From positions 20,274,001-20,338,000 of the forward strand of contig CP075492.1 in NCBI GenBank assembly GCA_021613535.1: a stretch of 64,000 nt of DNA. The letters run 5' to 3'. The notes under the pieces were generated by a model. The model was given only the letters and a program-made list of their open reading frames with translations. It made no database searches and had not been told where the DNA came from. The position numbers were made by a program, and so were the translations under genes. Origin of the DNA: Adineta vaga. Taxonomy: Eukaryota > Animalia > Rotifera. Below are positions 24,235-36,889 of the stretch, one piece after another (within the stretch, counting starts at the first letter, position 1; the number at the start of each line of letters is the position of its first letter).

Positions 24235-25011
24235 ATGACTACTGACAGCACTCAAACTGATTGTACTCCAAAAGAATCATTGTTAGAAAGTAATAATGAT
24301 AAAACTTTTAATATGGATCAATCGTTAACGACTGACACTGTTATTGTCAGTCAACAATCAATAATCCAATTCAATGCGACAAATATGATTCCAAGTCAAA
24401 TTCCATCGATGCCAAATCGGATGCAATTAATTTCTTCTCATACTACAGCTCAGTTAGGCCGACGCCGTCGGCGAAGACGACAACGCCAAAGAAGACAACA
24501 ACGACAACAACGGCAGCGACGACGACAGCAACACGAAAGACCGCAACAAGGAAGACCATCTGAATTAATAAGACTACCACGATACCGACGATGGTCTTCA
24601 AGTGACAGTGAGCGTCGCTATTGGGAGGAGATGGGTTTTCCTGAATTCATAGAAGAGAACCTCACGCCAGTCTTGGAAACCTATTATTGGGAAACAATGG
24701 ATCCAAACGAAAGACGAGAAGCATGGGAACAAAATCATTTAAACGAGTTACAACGAAATACTGCATTAGATCAACAAGATTCTTCAGATTATCTCGAGGC
24801 GTTCGCTGTTCTTGAACACTTGCAATTAATAGAAGATGAAATCGAACAAACTCATCAAATTGATTCAATTAAACAACTTGAAGCAGAGGAATTACAACGG
24901 CGATACAATGCAGAACAGATACAACTCCCGGAATGGCAACAAAATCCGTACGAAGAATACATTATCGCAGAACATAGCAAGTTAACATATGATGAAATGG
25001 AGGAATTATAA
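24235..25011 (+). CDS. Arg/Gln-rich plus acidic coiled-coil ORF of a plus-strand Terminon-type unit (24235-25936)
   Basis: 258 aa open; unit ends in a hammerhead plus C-rich repeat; its ATG overlaps the telomere junction, so the ORF may be 5'-truncated. Confidence 0.55.
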   Translation: MTTDSTQTDCTPKESLLESNNDKTFNMDQSLTTDTVIVSQQSIIQFNATNMIPSQIPSMPNRMQLISSHTTAQLGRRRRRRRQRQRRQQRQQRQRRRQQHERPQQGRPSELIRLPRYRRWSSSDSERRYWEEMGFPEFIEENLTPVLETYYWETMDPNERREAWEQNHLNELQRNTALDQQDSSDYLEAFAVLEHLQLIEDEIEQTHQIDSIKQLEAEELQRRYNAEQIQLPEWQQNPYEEYIIAEHSKLTYDEMEEL

Positions 25012-25855
25012 CCAATAGAAACATATCAAAGTCTACAAGTAACAGACCCGTAAATGTAAAACCAAAACAAACTAAAAATTGTAAACATAGAGCAACATTT
25101 TCGATATTTACCTCAACTAATAAATCACACGAACATATCGGTCATTCTATTTCATTTTTCTAACCCAATTTCAAATATACTAAAAATAACTTTTCAACAT
25201 TTAGTTTCAGATTACTTTCATCCTCACACTTTCGCAAAACTTAATAACCAAGATGACAACAGGTTTCGCTATCCTCAACTCTCAATTATCTGATATTTCA
25301 CAACAACTTCAATTTCAGAGCGGATAAATAAACCATCAAATTAGACGAAGTCAATACAAACACAAATCGATCTTATCGTTCTTCAAATAGGCGTCAACAA
25401 GCCCGATTATGTTTGACTAAAACTACTATTAATTCTGTTAGTGGATAAATTCTTCCTGCAATCATATATTTTTGATTATCGTATCACATGAATTTATTCC
25501 TATATGTTCATATGTTTCAGTTACTAGCGACAGAATATATATAAAATTCGTCTGAACCCGATCGAGCAAAACAGAAACAAAAGCTGTACTAGAACTCCAC
25601 TATTTTGGGTCGCCTATCTATGCGAGATTATCACAATCCCAGACGCTCAATGATGTTCAAGTCGATCGGTAAAATCTTGCTATGTATAAACGCTGAATCA
25701 ACAATATTATCTTCAGAAACATAGATGTCACTAGGTTACAGTATCACGCAGTCATTCACCGCTTTGTTTCTCAATAACAATATTCAATATACAAGGCTGA
25801 TCAAAACATGATATAATGTGCTATTCGCATAATATACGAATAGTCATTCAATTAA

Positions 25856-25905
25856 TCAATCTAAAGAGATCCTTGAGCAAGATCGAAACAAGCGCTTGTC
25901 ATGGA
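25856..25905 (+). ncRNA. Degenerate type I hammerhead (core CTAAAGA) followed by a C-rich telomeric junction at 25925-25936
   Basis: gatc-cttgagcaa-gatc GAAAC aagcgctt GTC atgga ... ctcacaccctca. Confidence 0.7.
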
Positions 25906-26174
25906 ACCGCTTATCCATATTCTACTCACACCCTCAAGATCGAAGTTTTGTCCACTGCTGCATAGCTCAAGAATAACAGGTAACCAGTCGTGATATGCTC
26001 TTCCGTGTGATAGAAATGTTTGCTGAATATAGATCTTGACCAGTCTAGTCGATTAAGATTAGATAATATTTTAAGTCTAGTTATATTGTGCAAAGTAATC
26101 AAGATCATTGTATCTGAATCAATCTAATGTCTTAATCTTTTAAAGATTTATTCGCATAGATATAATATCTACGC

Positions 26175-26223
26175 TCCACCTGATGACATCCTGGCAAGAC
26201 AGAAACAACACTGATGTCGTGGA
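26175..26223 (+). ncRNA. Type I hammerhead with weakened stem II, followed by CTCACCCTC at 26239
   Basis: tccac CTGATGA ... GAAAC a...t GTC gtgga. Confidence 0.75.
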
Positions 26224-26569
26224 ATGCTTCTATTTCTACTCACCCTCTAGTTTAAAACTTGGTTTTCCATGCGAAATTCTAACTTTTATACAAAAGAAAT
26301 GTCAAATTTGTAATCAATGTTAAAAATTGCGTACATCAACTCATGCAAATCTATTGATCTCGAAAAAAGGTTTTTCAAAACTTGATCAGCGAAGTCGTGT
26401 TACGTGGGCAAGCCGTAATACTGTGTGCAGTCATTCACCAGCTCTTAACTTAAGTCCACTCCCTTCTGTCAAGAAAAGTCAGTTTTGATGAAACTGTTCG
26501 ATTTGAGTAAAGTTTTCATTATCGCATTCATCAATCGTCTTTAAAATATAGAAGTCTTGAATTATTTAG

Positions 26570-27531
26570 TCATTGTTTTTGTTTCTTCTTTGTTTGCTGC
26601 CGTCCAACAAAATTATTCCAACAAGGTATGATAGCCGGGACACATTGTTGATAATCAATATATGACTGGCCAAAAAATCGAACGAGTTTCTTTTCTTCGA
26701 TGGGTATTCCAATAGCATCATAGACACATGTAAAAACGATGAAAGCTAAACGATCCAGTGACATCGTAGGTGTGATTATTAAAGGGAGAAGTGTAAATAG
26801 ATATAATGGATGACGACAAAAGCGAAACAGACCAGTAGTGACTAAAGTATGCACGCCAGTCGTTCGTTGCTGGGACATCGTCGTTGTAGAAAATGGACAA
26901 CTGATAGTTCCAGTTTGACTGAACAATTGTTTTATACCAGAAAATTCTAATGGATCAAATTTGAAGATCACATACATACCTGAAAAAAAATAGAATTGAA
27001 GCACAATGAAGGAAAAGAAAATATTTTATCAGAGTGACCTGGAGCATGAATGATAGTAAATATTGTCAACAATACAAACTGTTGTTGATAGAGACTCATT
27101 GTTGTTGGCAGCCAATTCCATAGTTGTACATGAGTATGTTGCCAGAAGCCTAGGATCACGAAGACAGTAATACTAACCATGACACAATAAGCGGTCCGAA
27201 GTGTCTGTTTAGGCAACAAGTATCGAGTGATCACTGCTTGCACAGATTCTTGTGCGAACACTGTATGTGCAATAGCAAAGATGGCATAGAGTAGAGCGTC
27301 AAATGCCAATTTTCCCCAGATAGACGATGATAGGGAGTTGATTTCTAAATAGGGTACTCGAAAAAGTGGACTCATAAATGGCAGATAATTCGAAATAAAA
27401 TTGATAATAAGCTGTGGCATTTTCATGTCACAAGCTGTCCAAGCAAAAAGTATCTGAGCAAAGACACCACCGAATAGAATGTTCAAAAGTAACCAGATAA
27501 TACGAGCCACAGGACTCAGTTGTTGATTCAT
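26570..27531 (-). CDS. Nurim / MddA / ICMT-like membrane methyltransferase, 2 exons
   Basis: Multiple TM helices, LVTTGLFRFCRHPLY, IEEKKLVRFFGQSYIDYQQCVPAIIP; ~60-nt intron near 26980-27038. Confidence 0.75.
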
Positions 27532-27708
27532 CTAGAAAAGAAAATGTTTGTCAGTATCTAATGACATAAAAAGAGGAATATTAAAATAATGTAACAAAAT
27601 GGTAGATAACATGATGATGAGTCCGTTCTTTTAGTGTTATGCTATCTAACCATCGAACGTTCATTTTGTTTGTGACATTACTCAATACTTTTTAATTATA
27701 GTATATAG

Positions 27709-28212
27709 CAGAGTTGGAACCGATCCGGTCTAAAAAAACTTTCCAAACCGGTAAACACCGACGAAAAAGGTAACCGATATATTAGAATTATGATTCTACA
27801 GCGCTCATATGTTTATATTTTCCCGAAGCAATATGCATGATGTCTCTAAGCGAGAAAAAACACTTTTTTACTCAACAGCCTATTGCTAATTTACAAATCC
27901 TAAATTGTTGGATCTCAAATCTGAGCTGTAGCAGTTGAGAGGTTTGTCTTAAGTGATATTCTTTTCATTATACTTCCTAGAAAGAAAATAAACTTCGATT
28001 AAAAAATTAAAATATTTAGAGAAATCGAAGAAAACAAAATTAATTTATCTTGGAACAATACGATTATTTGAATTGAACAGCTGAAACTTGCCGGGACATA
28101 TTTTACTAGGAATGAGATTGTATCCAAAAAAATTATAAAATTCATTTTTTACTAAATCCTGAGGGAACGTACAAGTGAATCTAGAAATTTCTTTGAATCG
28201 GTTACAACTCTG
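27709..28212. mobile_element. hAT-type MITE
   Basis: TIR CAGAGTTG(G/T)AACCGAT; perfect 8-bp TSD GTATATAG. Confidence 0.85.
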
Positions 28213-28313
28213 GTATATAGTTATAATATATTAGCTTAAGGAGCTAAGTGTACCTGTTACGATAATTCAAAATTTAATTAAAAATCAAAAGTGAAGAAAT
28301 TCACGAAAATATA

Positions 28314-29133
28314 CTTAGGGCATACCAAAAGTAGTGGCGTCACCCTCTGATTTCTTCAATAGAAAGCTTGGATAAGTTTTCTTTTTCTATGTAGTGACAG
28401 AGAAAACGCCGCTCTATTTTCTGCACTATAAAACAAACACAGTATACCATGAGATGCAGCGTGAAAAGCTCTACAAGTTTTAAGGAACAGCTTATTTTAT
28501 ATTATGGATAAGGAAAAGGAAGTTCCCTTCGCACAGATAAAACTGAGCTTTTTAAGGACGGTCAGAGAGAGTTTGACTGCTGTTGAAAACAAGAAATATG
28601 CAATTAAAATAAGTAACATTATTCAGATTGTCGAGCTACTTATGGTGCATCTTTTGATGTATTTTGTTGTTTTTCAAATAAAGAATATTAGGTGATAAAA
28701 AGATGAAATGTGCAAAAATGAATTCATCTTCTACCAAAAAGCATCGTTTTTGCAAGATCGAAAATTGATGACTTAAAGTTTTGATCGTTATATGGTCAAA
28801 AAGTACAACTATAAAATAAGTGATCTTATATAAACTGTAGAGCTTTTTCGTGCTGCATTTTGTGGTATATTCTGTTTTTCTATTCAACTTAGTAAGTGGG
28901 TGTAAACTGAAATGCAAAGCATGACCATTAATTCTGTTTGAAATGTTAAAAAAGTTGTACACAACAACAGCTCTTATCAAAATTTTATTATTATGATATT
29001 AGTCGAAGAGTGATTAAGTAGTGCAAAAAATAGAGCGGCGTTTTCTCTATCACTACATAGTAAAGGAAAACTTATTCAAGCTTTCTATTGAAGAAATCAG
29101 AGGGTGATGCCATTACTTTTGGTATGCCCTAAG
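28314..29133. mobile_element. MITE with ~120-bp TIRs (TA target)
   Basis: cttagggcataccaaaagta.../...tacttttggtatgccctaag flanked by TA. Confidence 0.85.
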
Positions 29134-30708
29134 TATATCAATCGACTCATTATTATAAAAAATCTTATTTGTGATGAAGAAAAATGAGAATTATCGTCAA
29201 AATTTAGTAAAAGTGATTTTTGTCAACAAAGAAAGAAGGATAAAAAATATGTGATATATACCTTTTTTGATTAGAAGTATGATGAATCGAAGGTCATAAA
29301 ATATTTGAGTATTTTGCTTACTTGAAAAATTGGCTAGGTTTACAAAATCGACCAATACGTATCTCACTCGACGCGATTCAAAGCGCCACTACTAATACTG
29401 CTTTGAGTCTACACTTGATTATCAACTGATGTAATAACAAGCGAAAAAAAAATCTTACTGAAAACTGATTTTTTCCCTAGTCTCAATCCTGTTCATCCTT
29501 TGAGAAAATCTAGAAGGATCTTTCAGGATCCCAACAAGATCTATACCTCTAAAAATCATAACAGGATTTCAATACCAGAATTGAATAAAATCTCAACAAT
29601 CATAAATTGAATGGTTTTTGAAAATTTTACTATGTTTTTCTTTTGAGCACGATAGAATTGTGATAATCAATAGAAATCTCCTATGATTCCTCTTTCTGAA
29701 AGAAAAGGTTATATGGAGCATAAAAATGCTTAAAATTTATCGGTTTATTCAAGCCAAGTTGGTATCATACATTTACCTACGTTGCATATACGCGTTTTAT
29801 TTTTCCTATATCTGGCAAAAAATGCAAAGGAAAGACAAACTGTGTAGTGCAGCGCGATGAGAAAAACGTGCATGAAAGGTATTCATCCATATTCAGCTAA
29901 TGACCATGTGCATGTAATAGCACGGTTGGTCGATTCACCTAAATAAGCATTACTTGGAAAAAACCAAGTAACTTTATTGAATATAAACATACGAAGTAGC
30001 TTACTTTCTACATACACAAAAACAACTTCAATACATTCGAGCATAAATTTCCATTGTAAGTATGCCTAATTATCCATATATCCATTAGTCTACGTAACGC
30101 GATACGATAGGCATAAATATTTGCTTTAGAATTCGAAAGAAATGTTTAAAGACACCTGAAGGCGGAAGAAAATGCGTTTTATTATTTGAAAAATTGTTTT
30201 TTTGTGAGTCAATAAAATGTACACATTCAGCAGTAATTCCAATATTGTACGGTACAATGTATTCTGTCTCACTTTCAAACTATCCTAGCACCTTGATGTC
30301 AAGCTCGGAACTCCTCTATAAAATGTTGTGAAGAGTTTAACTATATTGATTATGGAAAAAAATGTACGAGTTCGATCTGAGTTTTCTTCTCAAGTGTGCA
30401 ACGATGTATTCTTTATTTCAGAAAAGAGTCAGCGAATCCGTTGAATTCACGCTGCTTCTTTCTATTCGGGTCACATTTAAATCTGCACCTAAATAAATAG
30501 ACAAAGTCTGATCAATTTGAAAAAATTTTCTTTGTGGATTTTGTCCAATATATCTTCTATATTAAAATAAAGCTGACATTCAAGGCACATCATTAACCCT
30601 TTAACTAATAATTTTTTTTTGAAACTAACTACTATCCGTTTCAGAGTAAAAGACAACTAACTATAAATTGGCTCACTCTTATTTTCTCTCTATTGTTCCT
30701 TGTGAGTA

Positions 30709-31638
30709 ACGGGTGGGGCAGAAGAAATTGCCGGGTTTTGTAAGACTATTTTCTCAAATTAGACTAGATGAGAAAGTTTCGTTCTGAAGTCAAAAGATAG
30801 AGAATTTCGTGTAGATTTTACTAATATGTTCTTTACGAAATAAACATTTCTCCTTCTTTTATAATATTAAAGGTAATGGATACTACAAAAACATCATTTT
30901 CTCAACTGCAAAATGAGACACTTTTGGACTCAAATTTATGCCTGGTTTATTGTAGTTCCAAAATTTCTTCTTGTTCCTAAACGATGCAGAATTTGTCAGT
31001 GTATCTACTAGTGTCTTGATTTTTTTAAGCTTAATTGTGTCTGCTTTAAAGAACACAAAACATTAAGAAAATACCTCTCGGCCAACGGAATCGTACATTT
31101 CGTTGCAAATTTTCTCAGAACGTGGTTTTACAAAAACTACTCTCTTTATATCAGCAGATGCAGAATTTCAAGCTCTACAAAATACTGTTCTTTATAACAG
31201 TTAAGTTCCTTTTCTGAATTAATGGTAGGGCTGAAATCTTTTGTCTGATACAAAAAGGCACCAAAAATGGACAATTAGGCATTTTCTGCAAGCGGTTTTT
31301 CTAATGGCGAAACCTTAGCCGCCGATTTGATATTGCGATTCAAAAACAGATACTTCTCTGTACTTTATGATACTGTATTTGAATAGTGTATGTAAAATCA
31401 TTTAACAAAGAAAAGTAACACTTTATTCCAGTAAAATGCTGAGCAAATGATGTTGTTTGTGGTATCCAGTACCTTTAATACTAGAAGAGAAGGACAAATG
31501 TTCATTTCGCCAAAAAAATATCAATAAAATCTACACAAAATTCTCGATCTTTTCATATCAGAACGAAACTTTCTCATCCAATCTATCGTGAGAAAACAGT
31601 GTATCATAAAAGCCGGTAATTTCTTCTGCCACACCCGT
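30709..31638. mobile_element. Tc1/mariner-type MITE with long imperfect TIRs
   Basis: TA|acgggtggggcagaagaaattgccgg ... ccggtaatttcttctgccacacccgt|TA. Confidence 0.8.
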
Positions 31639-31690
31639 TACTACGTTATTTTTAGGTATATTCATTTATTGTTCGTTTTCTTTGATCAAA

Positions 31691-32455
31691 ATGATGGAAT
31701 CGTTGTTTGGTGAAAAAAGAATTCATAGTAAAAAAGGTGATTATAAAGATGCCGACTATCTTCGTGTTATCGGAGCTGGTTTGCCTCGTACAGGTACATC
31801 ATCACTCAAAGCTGCTCTCGAATTACTCGGTTTCGGTCCTTGTCATCATATGATGAATATATTTGATGATCCTTCGAGAGGTATACAATTTATACGAGCT
31901 CTTGATGGCTATCCAGTAGATTTCCACGAATTGATGAAAGGATATGGATCAACAGTAGATAATCCAGCAGCCGAATTCTACAAAGAAATTCATCAAGTCT
32001 ATCCAAATTCAAAAATTATACTTACTGTACGTGATAGTGGTGAAAAATGGTTCGAAAGTGTGGAAAATACAATCGTACCAACAGGAAACGACATTTTCTA
32101 TTTGATTGCTGTTTATCCAATACGTTTTTTGCGTTTACAATGTCTTCTTGGTAGAAGAATACACCAAAGATGGATTACAAGATATGGAAGTTATGGACCA
32201 CAAATTCACGATTTACATAATGCTCGAGTCATTAGTGAAAATAAAAAAGATGACTTGCTTATATTTAATGTTAAAGAAGGCTGGCCACCATTATGCAAGT
32301 TTTTGGATGTACCCATTCCGACGGAAATTCCATTTCCAAATATTAATGACACTAAACTCGTGCAACGTGTGGTTCGCAAGGCCAGAGTTGGTGGATTGAT
32401 AGTTTGGGCATTTATTTTTATTATCATAGCTATTCTTATTCGTATTTTCCTTTGA
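31691..32455 (+). CDS. Sulfotransferase-family (Sulfotransfer_4-like) protein with C-terminal TM helix, intronless
   Basis: VIGAGLPRTGTSSLKAALELLGFGPCHHM, KIILTVRD, EGWPPLCKFL, PFPNIND. Confidence 0.85.
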   Translation: MMESLFGEKRIHSKKGDYKDADYLRVIGAGLPRTGTSSLKAALELLGFGPCHHMMNIFDDPSRGIQFIRALDGYPVDFHELMKGYGSTVDNPAAEFYKEIHQVYPNSKIILTVRDSGEKWFESVENTIVPTGNDIFYLIAVYPIRFLRLQCLLGRRIHQRWITRYGSYGPQIHDLHNARVISENKKDDLLIFNVKEGWPPLCKFLDVPIPTEIPFPNINDTKLVQRVVRKARVGGLIVWAFIFIIIAILIRIFL

Positions 32456-32474
32456 CTGATTATTTGAACTATCT

Positions 32475-32552
32475 TGAGGTGAGGGTGAGTTTAAATAAGA
32501 ATTTAGCTACTACGACGCGTTTCGACTCAGCTACGAGTCTCAGCAGGTGGCT
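32475..32552 (-). ncRNA. Short telomeric junction (32475-32489) plus hammerhead with mutated core (CTGCTGA) at 32505-32552; 3' end of a truncated Terminon
   Basis: agccac CTGCTGA gactc-gtagct-gagtc GAAA cgcg TC gtagtagct. Confidence 0.8.
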
Positions 32553-33241
32553 TAATATAATAATCTGCATACGATTTGAATAAAAAAATTTAAAATTAAA
32601 TAAATTTCAATTGATCTTTATTTTCTGTCAATGTTGCTCGTGCTTTCTTATTATGGAACTCTTTTAATATCCAATATATGAATATTTTTAGAATTTTCTA
32701 ATTCATAAGTGATTTTTTTAAGTATTTAACCACATTTGAATAAAGACTCATGAATTAAATGAATGATTTAGGATTATGTGTTATGCTGAATTATAGAAAT
32801 GAACCATCTTCAGGGTGAGTAAAGCTACCATAATACCAGGTATTTCTGAAATCGATTACCTCTTGATTTATTAAGGTTTATGATCTAGAAAAAGGTTTCA
32901 TTAAATGTTTTATCTAAAGGACAGAAAAGGTTCATGAGATGTGTTGTTAAATAAATGTGTATGGGAAGGGGGATATCTCGATTTATGTAAGTGTTTTGTT
33001 TTACAAGATGTATGCTAACTGTTAGTAGGATGTCTTGTTTTTTTTGTAAAGTCAATGATTTTAGTTTTTAATCAATTTCAATTAAGAATGTATTGAGCTT
33101 GTGTTGAATATCGTATTGTGTTATTCGTATTAAAATGTTTTCACGTAGAGTAATGATCGCCATGACGTTGTCAAAGGTTGGAACATTTTTGTGAGAGAAT
33201 CTTGTTTGTATTGTGAAGACTGTTCATTGAATATCGCTTAA

Positions 33242-35461
33242 CCCTTTCACTCCCGACTTTTTTTTTACAAAATTTATGTTTGAAAAAACATTGCTCAATG
33301 ACTAGAGGGTATTTTAGGATCACTGGTTAAGTTTCAACCAAAAAGCTGTATTTTTCTATGAGTATGTGTGTATTCAGTTTATTGTTGGTACACAAAGTTT
33401 TGATGATACAAAGAAAAACATTTTTTCACACAGAGACAAACACCACAAAAAATGCATATGACATTCGTTCTTTTTTCTTTTTCTTTTGTGCTACAGTAAG
33501 CGCATCTACGATAAATTGAAATAACATCTGGCAAATGAGCTAGCAACCGTACTTTTTCAGAATCTTCCGAATCACTGCTGCTTTTCTCGATGCGGATCTT
33601 CTTCTGATTACTCCTTGCCAAAGGTCTTCCTATTCGTTTTCTACTACAATAGTTACCTATTAGTGCGGTGCTAATATATGATATATATTTTACTGTACTA
33701 ATATTACTACTATCGGAATGATCTTTATAATAAATAAATGAATTTACTAATGACATCCCAAGAAAATGAAAAAATATTCTCATCCAGTTTCTCTTTGACT
33801 TTCGATCAATTGTATAATACTTAATTTTTTGATCGGATAGATCTACTCCTCCCATGTACTTATTGTACTCACTGATTGCTAACGGACAAGAAATTTGCTT
33901 TTTACTACCATCTTTATATCGTCGAGTAACTTCACTTGATTCTTCAGGATCAAAGTAATTTGATGCGACTAGGACTTCTTTCTTGTCCATCCATTTTATC
34001 ACAGAAATTCCATTTGCTGATAGGTATCGAAAATCTCCTCTTTCTAATGCTTCACCTTTTTTCAATTCAATTGGGAAGTATTTTCTATTGGATCGAATTG
34101 TACCGGTAGCTGATATCTTTTTTTCCTCAGCTTGTAAAGTAAAACGATGGACGTAAAATAGCTATCAAAAAATAATTGACGATTCTTCAAATTTATTCCA
34201 TCTATTAATGATAAAACTACATGCTCACCTAATGACAAATATCGTTCTACAGATTTTCCTGTATAAATTTCTCGACAATAACCAGTAATATAAGTCTGTC
34301 CAGATATACACCATGATCACGTTGATTTTGACCGTTTTGTGTAGCTTACTGTGTGCGAGTGACACATCGGAAATTTTTTATTTCGATAGTGTTGGATAAC
34401 GCATCAATTCTTCTATCGAACCATATAGTTTCGATTTTATCTTTTTTGATTGCACTTCAGAAATTAATAAACTACGAAAAGAATCAGGAAAACACTTTTG
34501 CAACAGGACCAAATTCCATAGCGTCTTTTTCTAATCGCTAATAGGTTTTACTTGATAAACAAACTGTATCGGACAGTGCATCATGAAAAACTCTATAAGT
34601 TACAAAAGGCCATTTCAATTTGTTTTGTTTTCAGACGACGAATACCAAATCTCCTTCTTCAGAAGAAGCGTCTCGTTTCACACGATTAAAATATGTATTT
34701 TTACAGTTTTGTATTTGAATTACCCAATGTATCGTCATAAAAAAGTCATACGCACCAAAAGAACCAGCTTGAAAAGTTCTAAAACCTGCTCAGTAATGCT
34801 AATTAAAAACTTAAAAAAAAATTTTTTTTTAATGCTCCTAGATCATTATTAGCATTGTCAACGTTTGATCAGTGAGACTTTTGCCCATTTTCGAAGGAAA
34901 AAGAGTAAAAATAAAATACGCGATCTTATGTAAATTGTACAGCTTTTCACGCCACATCTTCTAGTATATATTTTTTTTCAGAGAAGCCTGTTAAATGATG
35001 CAAACGAAAACTTCGAAGTATGGTCACACATTCTGTTCTGACAACTTTTGCAAAAGTGTTTTTCTCATACTTTTCGTAGTTTATTAATTTCTGAAGTGCA
35101 ATCAAAAAAGATAAAATCGAAACTATATGGTTCGATAGAAGAATTGATGCGTTATCCAACACTATCGAAATAAAAAATTTCCGATGTGTCACTCGCACAC
35201 AGTAAGCTACACAAAACGGTCAAAATCAACGTGATCATGGTGTAGATTGTTTAGGAAAAACTTCGTGAAATCTATGAGACACGGCATAGTACGATATCAG
35301 ATACATAAGAATATCTATTTAACCCTTCACAGATGCGTCCTGAATAAAAAAGATGCAAATATTACTTCGAGATCTTGGAAACTTCAAATAGTTTTGAAAT
35401 TTTTTGAAAAACATAAATTTTCACGAGGTGGGAAATATATATCCCACCGGGAGTGAAAGGG
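33242..35461 (-). mobile_element. piggyBac, internally deleted
   Basis: TTAA TSDs, 14-bp TIR CCCTTTCACTCCCG; ORF 33379-34065 has WMDKKEV, YNKYMGGVDLSDQ and a Cys-rich C-terminus. Confidence 0.92.
34309..35242. mobile_element. MITE with ~190-bp TIRs nested in the piggyBac
   Basis: TA|caccatgatcacgttgattttgaccg...cggtcaaaatcaacgtgatcatggtg|TA. Confidence 0.9.
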
Positions 35462-35544
35462 TTAACTAATAATGATTACTATTTTGCACATCAAAGAATG
35501 GTGCCTTGCTCAAAACTTGATTCTAAAAGCATCATCTATATATG

Positions 35545-36372
35545 CTAACAGTTTAGATTCATACCGTTTCCACCAGCGATGACAACACCCACAAGTGCAC
35601 CTGGCATCCAACGCATGATTCGATGATGAATTGTATCAGATATATACACAATTTTTGTTTGTTCATCAACCCATACACCATTGGGTGAAGCTAAAGTTTC
35701 AGTATCGTGAGCCCAATCAGTCCAGTTCGATCCAGCAACTTCAACGCCTGAGAAAGCATTCTTTTCCCATTTTTGAATTCGAGCATTTCCTGAATCGGCC
35801 ACATATAAATCATCAGTAGTTCGATCAAAATAAAGTCCATCAGGTGAACTAAGATATTCATTTCCATTTCCTCTCTCATCCGTTTGACCAGCAACAACTT
35901 CTGTCAAATTTGTTTTTGGTGACCCTTTGATTACACGATGTCGATCCGATTCTGACATATAAACGTTCTTTTCTTCATCAACTGCTATACCAAAACATGA
36001 TCGACATTCATCGCCTAGTTGAATACCTTTCAATGCTCCTTTCGTCCATTTTTCTACTCGATTCCCAACAAAAACCGAAACGTATATTGATGGTCCATCA
36101 TCATCATCTTCATCAACATAAATCTTTGAAGGAGAATTAATATCAAATGCCACAGTTGTACCTGAACCGTGAGGTGTATTTAATGAAAACATTTGAACTC
36201 GTTGATTACCAAAATCAGCTACATATAATGTATTAGTTCTTGTCAACATGAAAATTCCTTTCGGCACAGACAATTCAGTTGCTCCAGCACCACTGATACC
36301 TGTACCCGCTACTGTTTTACCATTTGGATCCCACTTAGCACAAGGACTAATCTCAATCGATTCTATAGACAC
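35545..36372 (-). CDS. NHL-repeat beta-propeller protein (main exon; 3' part apparently lost next to the piggyBac)
   Basis: LYVADFGNQRVQ, YMSESDRHRV, LYVADSGNARIQKW, YISDTIHHRIMRW. Confidence 0.8.
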   Translation of the reverse strand: MSIESIEISPCAKWDPNGKTVAGTGISGAGATELSVPKGIFMLTRTNTLYVADFGNQRVQMFSLNTPHGSGTTVAFDINSPSKIYVDEDDDDGPSIYVSVFVGNRVEKWTKGALKGIQLGDECRSCFGIAVDEEKNVYMSESDRHRVIKGSPKTNLTEVVAGQTDERGNGNEYLSSPDGLYFDRTTDDLYVADSGNARIQKWEKNAFSGVEVAGSNWTDWAHDTETLASPNGVWVDEQTKIVYISDTIHHRIMRWMPGALVGVVIAGGNGMNLNC

Positions 36373-36889
36373 ATGGAAGTAGAATACGAGAGTAACTTAA
36401 TAAAGAAAGAAAAATTCTTGAAAAAATACCTAGATTAATTTGACTTGTATACTTACAAATGTAAATAATACTATTCAGCATAGTTCGCAACAACTGACAA
36501 GAATAAAGAAGAACTAAAGATAATATACATCGATATCAACGGCATGTGCATCAATGACAACGTTTTTTTTCTCGTTTTATAAGTATCGATAAGACCATTT
36601 TCTCGCCTAAAATATTTTTCAAAAAGAAGGTGAGGATATGGGGTGTAGATGAGGGTATAGAATCTGCACCCACACTCTCAAGCAAGATTGACTATCGATA
36701 CAATCTAAAATGTCCTAATCACCTTCAGATGCAACTTTCGAAATGTACATTACTATACTCACACTTGTAACATTTGTTGATGATTACAAAAATTAAAAAA
36801 GACGTTTCTATAATCGTATTGTAATATCATCATTTATTTGCAAATTTCCAAAATACATTTTATTCTATAAATGATATTCAAACAAAAGT

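Larger units (their letters stand above)
22982..24235. repeat. 328-bp inverted repeat (22982-23309 / 23908-24235) tipped with (TGAGGG)3 and containing tRNA-like elements; diverged direct copy at ~23513-23880
   Basis: Arms align without gaps; about 5 mismatches, all in the inner ~80 bp. Confidence 0.92.

Noticed and set aside
34353-35198. Two near-identical MRVTHRK ORFs on opposite strands
   Set aside because: Translations of MITE inverted repeats
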